Of a DNA stretch of 64,000 nucleotides, positions 20,918 to 30,132 are shown in pieces. A program made the position numbers and the translations under genes. Origin of the DNA: Pseudomonadota bacterium (GTDB lineage Bacteria; Pseudomonadota; Gammaproteobacteria; Poriferisulfidales; JAYYZZ01); NCBI GenBank assembly GCA_036687665.1, contig JAYYZZ010000001.1, forward strand, positions 46,832 through 110,831, read 5' to 3'. The stretch's first letter is position 1; each line of letters starts with the position of its first letter. Below the pieces are notes generated by a model. The model had not been told where the DNA came from. It ran no database searches and worked only from the letters and a program-made list of their open reading frames with translations.

Positions 20918-21883
20918 TTAAATAACACCGGGTTCTGTTTTTGATTTATTTAACACTAAGCTCCCAGTTATTTCTTGAATATTACTTATAGAGTTCTTGC
21001 CCATATATTCAAGTATTTTCTTATTTATTTCACCACAAATCAGTGGATCGTAAAATAATCCAGTACCAATGCCGACAGCTGATGCCCCAGCTATTAAAAA
21101 TTCAATTGCATCTTGAGCGTTGATGACGCCGCCTTGCCCGATTATTGGGATTTCGTATTTCTTTGCTACTTGATAGACTTCGTGCACTTTAAGTAATGCA
21201 ATAGGTTTAATTGCGGGGCCCGATAGCCCTGCTTGGTCATTACTTATTATTGGTGTTTTACTTTCAACATCCACCGCCATGCCTGTAACAGTGTTTATAA
21301 CTGAAAGAGCATCTGTGCCAGCATCTATACACTTTTGTGCGTTCATCTTTATATCAGTCTGGTTGGGTGACAATTTTGTAATGAGGGGTTTTGTTGTAAC
21401 TGATCTACAAGTTGCAACAACTTGCTCAGACATCGCAGGATCATTACCAAAATGCATGCCTCCAGAATCTACATTAGGACAAGAGATATTTATCTCAATT
21501 GCGTCAATAGGTGAATCATTAAAAATTTTAGTGACTGTTTTATATTCCTCTAAAGTAGACCCTGAAATATTAGCTATAAAGCGAGTCTCATTAAAATTTA
21601 AATTGGGTAATATTTTTTCTACAACGTGCTTTGCCCCAGGATTTTGTAGACCTATTGCATTTAACATGCCTTCATATGTTTCATAAATTCTATGTGGTTC
21701 GTTACCCAGCCTAGCTTCTAATGTTGTGCCTTTCAAACAAACTGCCCCAACATCTTCGTGTTTAAATTCATTTATACGTGTATATTCATCACCAAAACCA
21801 ACACACCCAGATAGCAATACCAGCGGAGAATTAAGAGAAAGACTGCCGAGCTTTACTGAAAGCTTATTTTTTTTATTTGGCAT
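20918..21883 (-). CDS. pyrD: Dihydroorotate dehydrogenase, family 1 (cytoplasmic, PyrD1B-like)
   Basis: MLNAIGLQNPG, catalytic Cys in EINISCPNV, KLSPN, GLSGPAIKP; no N-terminal membrane anchor. Confidence 0.9.
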   Translation of the reverse strand: MPNKKNKLSVKLGSLSLNSPLVLLSGCVGFGDEYTRINEFKHEDVGAVCLKGTTLEARLGNEPHRIYETYEGMLNAIGLQNPGAKHVVEKILPNLNFNETRFIANISGSTLEEYKTVTKIFNDSPIDAIEINISCPNVDSGGMHFGNDPAMSEQVVATCRSVTTKPLITKLSPNQTDIKMNAQKCIDAGTDALSVINTVTGMAVDVESKTPIISNDQAGLSGPAIKPIALLKVHEVYQVAKKYEIPIIGQGGVINAQDAIEFLIAGASAVGIGTGLFYDPLICGEINKKILEYMGKNSISNIQEITGSLVLNKSKTEPGVI

Positions 21884-23384
21884 CTACTGCGGTTGCCTTG
21901 TTGTTCACAACTAATGAGAGATTTTCTTGCACATCATCATCGCTACCATTTAATAGATTCTGCTTATGCATATAATGTGGAATAGAAATAGAATAGTTCT
22001 GAAGGATCGCGGGGGCTATATCCAATGTAGATATAGTTTGTCGTTTTTTATGACTGTCTGCCGGGTAATTATAGATTAATAGACACCCTTGCGGTATATG
22101 GTAGGCGCTAGCCATTGTTCCTTCTTGTATTTTGAAATTAACAAGACCAAAATCTTCTAAAGAGTAAAGGTCTGCATGGTAATTGGGGTCAGACTCATCA
22201 AGACCATTATTTATTTTTAATACGCCTTTTTCTTCACCCAAATCAATATGTCCTAAATCGATGCTGAAAAAGTTGCCTTTTTGGCGATAGGAAGTATACA
22301 CCCCACCTATCAGTGTCTTATTGAGCTTTTCGGCAAAATATTCTGTTTTGCCTCTGCTAACAACAACATTAACCTGAGGATGCATGGCTGGTTTTGCCTC
22401 CCAAGAATTGCTCTCTAAGCCAAACCCTCTCATAAACTTACTCATATCTATAACAGATAACTGTGTGTTTATATTTTTTGTTTCTGTTGATGATTGACCC
22501 ATGCTTGTAGCAACCCAGATACTATAGTCAGGATTTTCATGAACAAAGTTAACTAAAGAATGCAAAAAATTGTCTGCTGCTTTCATAGAAAAATCTATTT
22601 CTTTTCGATATGTTTTGATCCATGCTGGATCTAAATCAAAATCATCGTAGTCACCAGGGTAAGACGCAGACCAATATCTATGCATCGATGAAGCTACGTG
22701 ATTAGTAAAAAATGTAACGAACTGGGGTTTTTTTTCAACAAGCTGCTTCATAAAGACATCGAAAGATAATATTGAGGCAAAAGTTCTCCTCCTGATTATT
22801 TTGCCGCTATCTATAAATTCACTCAAAATCTGTAATAAACATTTAATTATAGTTATCTGCCTGATGCCAACTTTTTTGATATTTATTATTAAATTAAATA
22901 ATAACAAATACTCTATCTTACGTTTCACGTTACGGGCTGACGCGCGTGACATTTTGAGAAGAAATTCTTGGAAAACATGAAGGTAGTGCGGTATGCATTC
23001 GGAATTACGTGCAAAACTATCAGGCACATAAAATGAATACTTATCAATTTCTTTCGGCAGTGGATAAGTATGTAAAGATCCAAAAATACCAACTTTTATG
23101 TCGTGACTAGATAAAATTGACCATATGGGAGGGAACTTCTTATCTATATTTTGGAGATCTTCACCAAAATCACCAATATTGTGCAATGTGTTTTTCACCC
23201 CCCTATGCAAAGATGGCCAAGTAATCCAAGGTGATAAATTACCCACATCTTCAGAGATTGTCTCAAACTGGTCGCAACTAGATAAAATTTTTGAGAAAGT
23301 TGACTGTGGATGTCTTGCACAAAAATCATCTAATACTCTGTATGGGACCTCGTTTAACTCAAATAAAATAATTTTTTTACTCAT
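21873..23384 (-). CDS. Hypothetical protein, probable alkaline phosphatase/sulfatase superfamily fold
   Basis: N-terminal ILFELNEVP, LSPWITWPSLHRG, FFTNHVASSMHRYW, C-terminal STLDIAPAIL; family assigned by motif resemblance only. Confidence 0.55.
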   Translation of the reverse strand: MSKKIILFELNEVPYRVLDDFCARHPQSTFSKILSSCDQFETISEDVGNLSPWITWPSLHRGVKNTLHNIGDFGEDLQNIDKKFPPIWSILSSHDIKVGIFGSLHTYPLPKEIDKYSFYVPDSFARNSECIPHYLHVFQEFLLKMSRASARNVKRKIEYLLLFNLIINIKKVGIRQITIIKCLLQILSEFIDSGKIIRRRTFASILSFDVFMKQLVEKKPQFVTFFTNHVASSMHRYWSASYPGDYDDFDLDPAWIKTYRKEIDFSMKAADNFLHSLVNFVHENPDYSIWVATSMGQSSTETKNINTQLSVIDMSKFMRGFGLESNSWEAKPAMHPQVNVVVSRGKTEYFAEKLNKTLIGGVYTSYRQKGNFFSIDLGHIDLGEEKGVLKINNGLDESDPNYHADLYSLEDFGLVNFKIQEGTMASAYHIPQGCLLIYNYPADSHKKRQTISTLDIAPAILQNYSISIPHYMHKQNLLNGSDDDVQENLSLVVNNKATAVDAK

Positions 23385-23418
23385 ACATACAACTTAATAT
23401 ACATTAAAAGTAGCCAAG

Positions 23419-24426
23419 TCAACTGCTAGCTTCGGGTTTCTGTTCTCTTTCTAATAATTCTGTCACTGCTTGCTCTGGGGACATTTGTTCATAAAGAACT
23501 TTATACACTACCGAGCATATAGGCATATCGAGGCCAAATTTGCGGCCCATATCATTTACAACCTGAGCGGCAGCGGCACCTTCTGCGACTTGCTGGATAT
23601 CTTTTTTTGCTTCTTCCAGCGTTTTTTGTGTTGCAAGCGCTAACCCAAGTCTCCTATTTCTTGATTGGTCATCGGTACAAGTTAACACCAGATCACCAAG
23701 CCCACTTAACCCAAACATGGTTTCTCTTTTTGCCCCAAACTTATCACCAAGTTGTAAAATCTCATTAAGCCCACGCGTTATAAGTGCTGCCCGGGCATTT
23801 GCACCATAACCAAGACCATCTGATATGCCTGCAGCTATTGCTAAAATATTTTTAATTCCTCCGCCAAGCTGGATCCCTGGGACATCATCGCTAGTATAAA
23901 CTCGAAAATAAGGTGTGCTGAAAAGCTCCGCTAACTCTGAGGCAAATTTTTGGTCTTCAGATGCAATTGTGACTGCAGCTGGGCGCCCCTCTGCGACTTC
24001 TTTAGCAAAAGAAGGGCCGGATATAATGCCAAATCTACTTGTGGCAGGTAATTTCTCTGAAAAAACTGAGCTGATCAAACCAGTAGTTTGATTATCAAAA
24101 CCTTTGCCTGCCCATATCACGCTTATTGGTTTAGATTGTGTCTGCGTTAAAATTGAATCGAGCACAACGCGGCATGCTTCGCTAGGAACAACTATCAAAA
24201 AATAATCTGCATCAATAATGGCGCTCTTAAGATCTGTTGCAATATTTAATGATTTTGGGAAATTTATTTTTGGTAAATGTTTTTTATTTTCATAATCTTT
24301 TTTGAGCATATTTATATGATTAAGATCATGATCCCATAAATAAATTGGTAAATTTTTACCCGAAAGATGAACAGCTAACGCGGTACCCCATGACCCCGCG
24401 CCTAAGACTGCGATTTTTCTACTCAT
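23419..24426 (-). CDS. gpsA: NAD(P)H-dependent glycerol-3-phosphate dehydrogenase
   Basis: GAGSWGTALA, SGPSFAKEV, KNILAIAAG, GLGDLVLTCTDDQSRNRRLG. Confidence 0.98.
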   Translation of the reverse strand: MSRKIAVLGAGSWGTALAVHLSGKNLPIYLWDHDLNHINMLKKDYENKKHLPKINFPKSLNIATDLKSAIIDADYFLIVVPSEACRVVLDSILTQTQSKPISVIWAGKGFDNQTTGLISSVFSEKLPATSRFGIISGPSFAKEVAEGRPAAVTIASEDQKFASELAELFSTPYFRVYTSDDVPGIQLGGGIKNILAIAAGISDGLGYGANARAALITRGLNEILQLGDKFGAKRETMFGLSGLGDLVLTCTDDQSRNRRLGLALATQKTLEEAKKDIQQVAEGAAAAQVVNDMGRKFGLDMPICSVVYKVLYEQMSPEQAVTELLEREQKPEASS

Positions 24427-24686
24427 TGGTCAGAAAGCATAGAATCAAGCTTACCCTCAATATCTAAAGCTGATAGGTCATCAAAACCACCTACATGGAT
24501 ATCGCCTATAAATATTTGTGGGACGCTTCGTCGCCCAGTTAACTCTTCCATTGATTTTCTTTTTACTGGGTCTAGATCTATTCGCACCTCTTGATATTCT
24601 GCACCCTTTTTAGTTAACAAGTTTTTTGCATTATCACAAAAAGGACAAAGAGCTGCTGTATATATTGTAATATCTGGTTTAATCAT
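24423..24686 (-). CDS. grxC: Glutaredoxin 3
   Basis: CPFC, RSVPQIFI, HVGGFDDL. Confidence 0.95.
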   Translation of the reverse strand: MIKPDITIYTAALCPFCDNAKNLLTKKGAEYQEVRIDLDPVKRKSMEELTGRRSVPQIFIGDIHVGGFDDLSALDIEGKLDSMLSDQ

Positions 24687-24688
24687 AA

Positions 24689-25114
24689 TTAAATTTTGCT
24701 TATAGGCAAGCTATCTTCCACCCAAGCACTTATTCCACCTTTTATATTATAAACATTCTGAAAATCTCTTTTTTTTAAAAAATTGCAAACAGATGGTGCT
24801 CTTGCTCCTGTCTTGCAATATGTAATAACGGGCAAATCTTTTGAGATATTTAATTCGCTAAAACGCTTATTAAAAATACTTGCCGCCACGTGCTTTGAAT
24901 TAGGAATAATACCTTGCTGCAACTCGGTATCTTCTCTTACGTCTAGCAAAAAAGCATCTTCGTTGTTAATAATATAAACAGCCTCTTGTGGGCTTATTTC
25001 TTTAAACCCCTGATTAAATCTTCTAAGCTCAACCACAAATATCAAAATAATAGTAATAACTAAAAGAGTAGATAAAAAAGGATTGTCGAGAAGAAAATCT
25101 AGGTAAGCTTCCAT
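24689..25114 (-). CDS. Membrane-anchored rhodanese (YibN-like)
   Basis: N-terminal TM helix, LLDVRE, active-site loop YCKTGAR, KGGISAW. Confidence 0.9.
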   Translation of the reverse strand: MEAYLDFLLDNPFLSTLLVITIILIFVVELRRFNQGFKEISPQEAVYIINNEDAFLLDVREDTELQQGIIPNSKHVAASIFNKRFSELNISKDLPVITYCKTGARAPSVCNFLKKRDFQNVYNIKGGISAWVEDSLPISKI

Positions 25115-25188
25115 CTTGCTTGGCTCTTTTCTAAAATTGTTAAAATAATCTTAAATTAAGCAATTAATAAATTTAAATTTGCTTACAC

Positions 25189-25509
25189 TCAATGAGATGA
25201 ACAAAAGATCTGGCGCATCATGTCAATCAATCTAAGTATACGGTTATCTCCAACACGATAAAAAACACGATTTGCATCTTTACGCGATTCTAAAATTCCT
25301 TTGTCCCGTAAAATTCCAAGGTGCTGAGATATATTGCTTTGTGAAGTCCCTACATTTTCCACTATCTCCTGGACACTCACTTCTTTATCTCCAAGTGTGC
25401 ATAAAATTTTTAAACGCAGAGGGTGAGAGATCGCTTTCAAAGAACGAGATGCTCGCTCTATGTCGCTATCATTGTATTGGTTTACAAAATCTTCAGCTGA
25501 TACAGACAT
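25189..25509 (-). CDS. ArsR/SmtB family regulator, BigR/SqrR-like two-Cys type
   Basis: SHPLRLKILC, SQSNISQHL, C-terminal IFC; heads the rhodanese-grxC operon. Confidence 0.88.
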   Translation of the reverse strand: MSVSAEDFVNQYNDSDIERASRSLKAISHPLRLKILCTLGDKEVSVQEIVENVGTSQSNISQHLGILRDKGILESRKDANRVFYRVGDNRILRLIDMMRQIFCSSH

Positions 25510-25561
25510 TATTAAAATTTATTTTTATAAGTATATAAGTTAACCTGATACTAACAATCTA

Positions 25562-25579
25562 TATTAGACTTGTCTAATA
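25562..25579. promoter_or_regulatory. Palindromic operator, probably bound by the adjacent ArsR regulator
   Basis: Perfect 8-2-8 inverted repeat TATTAGAC-TT-GTCTAATA, about 55 nt upstream of the arsR start. Confidence 0.6.
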
Positions 25580-25669
25580 AATTAATATAAATTTAACCAT
25601 CTCTAAGCATATTGTAAACTGTATAAATATGGGAAATAACCAATAAATATCAATGTTTTATCACTTCTA

Positions 25670-26848
25670 ATGCTAAAGAAAACAACGCTAATCTTCGCTA
25701 TATTTCTAGTATGCACGCCAGATTTTAGCAACGCCGTGTCTGAAAATACAAAAGATGTGCATATGCGCCTAATAGTTGTACAAAATCATATAAGAGAACT
25801 AAGACAGCAGCTATCAAAAAAACAAGGAAAGCTAGGAAAGTTGCAAGAAAATCTTGCCACTGTAGAAATTAATATAAATAACATCAGCCAAAATTTAAAA
25901 AAATCTAAAAGGAAAATAAAAGCAAACAATAAAAAACTTAAAGAATTGAAAACAAAAGAAAGAGTATTAGAAAAAGAGATAAGTATAAAAAAGAATTTAC
26001 TTATGGGGCAGCTAAAATATGCATACATTTTAGGCACACAAAGCAAATTGAAGATACTTTTAAGTAAAAATAATCAAACAAATACGGACAGAATGCTTGC
26101 TTATAATGAGTATATCTCTAATTATCGAAATAAATTACTCATCGACACAAAAAGTAAATTAAAAGAATTAGAAAAAATAAGAGAAAAAGTTAACATTTCG
26201 AATAACCAGTCTAAAAAACTTTCAAAAGCCCTAAATACACGCAAATTAAATCTAAAACTAGAAAATAAAAAAAGAACAAAAACTTTGAGTGTGCTTGAAA
26301 AAGAGATTAGAAATGATAAAAATAGTATGGAAATACAATTAGAAAATGAATCAAACTTAATAGACCTTTTAAAATCTTTACAAGCTGTAATCACAACACT
26401 TCCGATCCCTGAAAAAGAGCTTAAACCATTTAAAAAGCTTATGGGCAAACTCCCCTGGCCCACTAAAGGCAAAGTAAATCCATTATTTGGAAGAAACAAA
26501 GCTGGAAAAAATTTAAAATGGGACGGCATATTCATAAAAACAAAAAAATATGAACCTGTATATTCAATAGCTAGAGGTAGAATCGTATTTTCGGACTGGA
26601 TGCGAGGTTATGGGTTATTGACAATTATTGACCATGGCGAAGGTTACATGACACTTTTTGGGCATAATTTCAGCTTATATAAAACTATTGGTGATTGGGT
26701 AGAACCCGGAGAAATTATTGCTCAAGCTGGTGACAGCGGAGGGCAAAAAAATATTGGGCTGTACTTTGAGATAAGAAAAAAAGGAGAACCATTAAATCCC
26801 TCAAAATGGTGCTCATCAAAGAATAAATTAAATTTAGCAAAGATATGA
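25670..26848 (+). CDS. envC: Murein hydrolase activator EnvC (coiled coil plus degenerate M23)
   Basis: Signal peptide, long coiled coil, LPWP, W.GI.I, GYGLL.IIDHG, LYFEIR; upstream of ctpA. Confidence 0.9.
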   Translation: MLKKTTLIFAIFLVCTPDFSNAVSENTKDVHMRLIVVQNHIRELRQQLSKKQGKLGKLQENLATVEININNISQNLKKSKRKIKANNKKLKELKTKERVLEKEISIKKNLLMGQLKYAYILGTQSKLKILLSKNNQTNTDRMLAYNEYISNYRNKLLIDTKSKLKELEKIREKVNISNNQSKKLSKALNTRKLNLKLENKKRTKTLSVLEKEIRNDKNSMEIQLENESNLIDLLKSLQAVITTLPIPEKELKPFKKLMGKLPWPTKGKVNPLFGRNKAGKNLKWDGIFIKTKKYEPVYSIARGRIVFSDWMRGYGLLTIIDHGEGYMTLFGHNFSLYKTIGDWVEPGEIIAQAGDSGGQKNIGLYFEIRKKGEPLNPSKWCSSKNKLNLAKI

Positions 26849-26879
26849 ATAAAAACAATATATAATTAATGCTGGAGGC

Positions 26880-28220
26880 ATGAATAAAATGCATCGAACA
26901 TATCTTATTTTAGGCGCAATTCTTTTACCTATATCTTTGATTATTTCAGAACTAGGTATGCAAAAGATTGTGTTTGCAGAAAAGCAGACTATTATAGAAA
27001 AAAAGGAAACTCCTTCAGTTGTTTTGCCTCTGGATGAATTGCGTGACTTTAGTGATGTTTACGCACACATCAAGCGTGGTTATGTAGAAAGCGTAACTGA
27101 CGAAAAACTTTTAACAAATGCTATTCATGGAATGATGAGCTCCTTAGACCCCCACTCAGCTTATCTCGATAAAACTGCCTACAAAGAGCTGCAAATAGGA
27201 ACTACTGGCGAATTTGGCGGGCTAGGGATTGAGGTAGGAATGGATGATGGGTTAATTAAAGTTATATCGCCTATAGATGATACACCGGCCCAGCGCGCAG
27301 GTGTTATGGCGGGCGACCTAATTATACGTTTAGATGACAAACCCGTAAAAGGCCTAACATTAGATGAGGCAGTAAAGATAATGAGAGGCAAAAAAGGCAC
27401 ATCCATAGTATTAACTATTATCAGAGAAGGGGAAGATAAACCATTAAAGATCGCGGTAAAAAGAGACGTAATCAGAGTAAAAAGCGTAAAAAGTGAGATA
27501 TTAGAGCCTGGATTTGGATATTTGAGAATATCTAACTTTCAAATCGATACGAGTTCTAAAGTGCGAGATGCATTAGAAAAACTAAATAAAGAAAATGGTG
27601 ACATCTTAAAAGGTCTTGTCATCGATTTGAGAAATAATCCTGGAGGAATCCTAACAGGGGCCATAGAGGTATCCGATCAATTTTTAGATAACAATAAATT
27701 GATTGTGTATACCGAAGGAAGGGCTGACGAAACATCACAGAAATTCAATTCAGATGAAGCGGATTCACTAAACGGTTCACCTATCGTTGTACTAATCAAT
27801 CAAGGCTCAGCATCTGCATCTGAAATTGTAGCCGGAGCTCTGCAAGATCATAAGAGAGCAATTGTTATGGGAAAACGTTCATTCGGCAAGGGCTCTGTGC
27901 AAACAATCGTGCCATTAAATGGCGAATCAGCGCTTAAACTTACAACAGCTCGTTACTTCACCCCGTCTGGAAGATCAATACAAGCCAGTGGGATAGAACC
28001 AGACATACAATTAAACACAATTCTGCCTTCGGAAATTGCCAAGAACGATGACTCTGTTAAAGAATCTAACTTGAAAGGGCATTTGAAAAATAATGGGGAT
28101 GGAAAAAACACCTCTAAAGATGCCAAAGCTGCTTCTAAATTATTATCTGAAGATAACCAAATTAGTGAAGCCCTTAATGTGTTAAGAGGGCTGCATATAC
28201 TAAGTAAAAATAAAACATAA
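26880..28220 (+). CDS. ctpA: Carboxyl-terminal processing protease (S41, PDZ)
   Basis: LDPHS, GEFGGLGIEV, DLRNNPGG, SASASEIVAGALQD, FGKGSVQ, TPSGRSIQ. Confidence 0.96.
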   Translation: MNKMHRTYLILGAILLPISLIISELGMQKIVFAEKQTIIEKKETPSVVLPLDELRDFSDVYAHIKRGYVESVTDEKLLTNAIHGMMSSLDPHSAYLDKTAYKELQIGTTGEFGGLGIEVGMDDGLIKVISPIDDTPAQRAGVMAGDLIIRLDDKPVKGLTLDEAVKIMRGKKGTSIVLTIIREGEDKPLKIAVKRDVIRVKSVKSEILEPGFGYLRISNFQIDTSSKVRDALEKLNKENGDILKGLVIDLRNNPGGILTGAIEVSDQFLDNNKLIVYTEGRADETSQKFNSDEADSLNGSPIVVLINQGSASASEIVAGALQDHKRAIVMGKRSFGKGSVQTIVPLNGESALKLTTARYFTPSGRSIQASGIEPDIQLNTILPSEIAKNDDSVKESNLKGHLKNNGDGKNTSKDAKAASKLLSEDNQISEALNVLRGLHILSKNKT

Positions 28221-28223
28221 AAA

Positions 28224-28808
28224 ATGAAAAAAGTTTTAGTACCTTTAGCAGAAGGGTGTGAGGAGCTTGAGGCTATTACTATTATTAATTTACTTCGCCG
28301 TGCAGAAATAGAGGTAATAACTGCAAGCTTATCTAACCCAACTGTCAAATGTTCCCGCGGGACACCTATTGTTGCTGACAAATCTTTAGATGAAATTTAT
28401 GAAGATGAATTTGACATGGTTGTTTTACCGGGCGGACTCCCTGGGGCTGATTATCTAAATAGTGACCAGCGTATCCACAAACTGCTAAAAAAACATAATG
28501 AAAAAAACAAATTTATTGCTGCCATCTGTGCTGCGCCAAAAGTTCTTGCAAGTGCAGGCTTGCTAGATAATAAAAAAGCAACTTGCTACCCTGGGGCAGT
28601 TGATGAAAATCAATTTGAAAATGTAAGTTTTACCCAAGCCTCAGTTGTTGAGGACAATAATGTAATTACGTCCCGTGGGCCTGGTACCGCCATGGATTTT
28701 GCACTATCTTTAATTGAAAAACTGGCAGGAAAAAATAAGCGTGATGAGGTCGAAAATGGCTTGAAACGCACCTCTAGCAACGAAACTACACTCATAGCTT
28801 CAAAATAA
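28224..28808 (+). CDS. yajL: DJ-1/YajL family protein
   Basis: EELEA, VLPGG.PGA, AICAAP, TSRGPGTA. Confidence 0.88.
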   Translation: MKKVLVPLAEGCEELEAITIINLLRRAEIEVITASLSNPTVKCSRGTPIVADKSLDEIYEDEFDMVVLPGGLPGADYLNSDQRIHKLLKKHNEKNKFIAAICAAPKVLASAGLLDNKKATCYPGAVDENQFENVSFTQASVVEDNNVITSRGPGTAMDFALSLIEKLAGKNKRDEVENGLKRTSSNETTLIASK

Positions 28809-28884
28809 GCCCTTTTTAACAATCTTGCTAAATAATGCGTGCTTATGGTATAAATCCGCGCTCGTTAATTAAGGGTAATTATAA

Positions 28885-29289
28885 ATGCTCACGGAAAAAA
28901 AACTTTTAAGAGCTCCAGCTAAAGATTATATGAATAAAGCCCAACTGGGCTTCTTTAAAGATCGTCTAGTACAAATGAAGGTTGATCTGGAACAACACCT
29001 AGAAAAAGCAAAATCAGAACTTATTGATCGTGAACGAGAAGCCGATGATCTAGACCGCGCGCAAGCCGAAGAGGGTATTCATTTAAAGTTACGAATACTT
29101 GATAGAGAATCAAAGCTTTTGCCTAAGATTGATGAATCACTTAAAAGAATTGAGGAAGGGTCATACGGTTATTGCGAAGCAACAGGAGAGCCTATTGGGA
29201 TAGAAAGGCTGCTAGTAAGACCTACCGCAATGTTTTGTGCTGAAGAAAAAAACCGACAAGAACAGATAGAAAAAGCATACAAAGACTAA
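28885..29289 (+). CDS. dksA: RNA polymerase-binding factor DksA, two-cysteine type
   Basis: DYMN, coiled-coil tip DDLDRA, YGYCEATGEPIG..RL..RP...CAEE; candidate promoter TTGCTA-N18-TATAAA at 28825-28854. Confidence 0.93.
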   Translation: MLTEKKLLRAPAKDYMNKAQLGFFKDRLVQMKVDLEQHLEKAKSELIDREREADDLDRAQAEEGIHLKLRILDRESKLLPKIDESLKRIEEGSYGYCEATGEPIGIERLLVRPTAMFCAEEKNRQEQIEKAYKD

Positions 29290-29306
29290 CCTTTGTAATT
29301 AGAGAT

Positions 29307-30128
29307 TTATTTACTAACCTCGCCCTCAATAACATTCCTTTGAGATGCATAAGCGCAATTTTCGCAGCTCGGGTTACTCTGCGGAACTTCTGTTTTGTTC
29401 ATCATTTCTATCATTGCTTGCACTTTCTCATCAATCCAACTTGTATTGCATTGATAAGGAACTAATGTTTCTTCAAATTCCATTTTAGAAAAAAAACCGG
29501 GCGCTTCTCTATTGGCGTTGCAAACATAAAAATAACCTGTCTGGGAAACTTCATAACCCATGTGCGTTAAAAGGTACGCATAAAAATCTAGCTGTATTTT
29601 GTAAGATTGATGATAGGCGTCGTTAAGATATGCTTCTGTATCAACAGAATAATTCGTTGCTTGAGATTTATAATCAACCACAACTAACTTTTTGTCCTTG
29701 GTATCAAACCAAATATCATCGACCCCGCCATGTAGGATGATATTTGTCTCTTGGAAGCGGTGCTCTAAACCGTGATGAAGCGAGTTTCTCCACTTGTCTA
29801 TATCTTCATGCTGGAAAGGAACAATGTGGTCAAGACCATAATTTTGCATGACTCTATGGGGTTCTTGTTGCTCTCTACATACATCGAACTCTTTTTTTAA
29901 CAAAAGATCTGTGGTCTCATTTAATGTCCAACCGGGCATAGATGGGGATGCCAACCCTTTAACACGATCTAAATAAAAACAACGCTGGCAGGCTAAAAAA
30001 TCGTTAAATTTACTGCGGCTCACTTTAAAATCTTCTGATTGCCCCGGTGTATAGATAGAAGATTTGCGGGTCCTCATACCCGTAGCATTTACTAGTTCCT
30101 TTTTACTATTTCTTTTTAAGCTAATCAC
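29307..30128 (-). CDS. PD-(D/E)XK nuclease, RecB/Cas4-like, solo
   Basis: S.SK...CQRC, GGVDD, VVDYKS, QLDFY (RecB motif QxxxY), C-terminal CENC; alternative start ATG 30077. Confidence 0.85.
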   Translation of the reverse strand: MISLKRNSKKELVNATGMRTRKSSIYTPGQSEDFKVSRSKFNDFLACQRCFYLDRVKGLASPSMPGWTLNETTDLLLKKEFDVCREQQEPHRVMQNYGLDHIVPFQHEDIDKWRNSLHHGLEHRFQETNIILHGGVDDIWFDTKDKKLVVVDYKSQATNYSVDTEAYLNDAYHQSYKIQLDFYAYLLTHMGYEVSQTGYFYVCNANREAPGFFSKMEFEETLVPYQCNTSWIDEKVQAMIEMMNKTEVPQSNPSCENCAYASQRNVIEGEVSK

Positions 30129-30132
30129 CTTG

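Noticed and set aside
22181-22196. AATTGGGGTCAGACTC inside the AlkP-like ORF and the loosely similar AATTAGGACTGACCC at 32490-32504, as possible short mobile-repeat remnants
   Set aside because: Only two short, imperfectly similar copies; cannot be distinguished from chance without a genome-wide count.
22921-22936. CGTTTCACGTTACGGG as a third parS site
   Set aside because: Only one half matches the consensus.
25670-26400. Extremely A/Lys-rich stretch suggesting foreign or low-complexity DNA
   Set aside because: It is the EnvC coiled coil under AT mutational bias, in its normal syntenic position.
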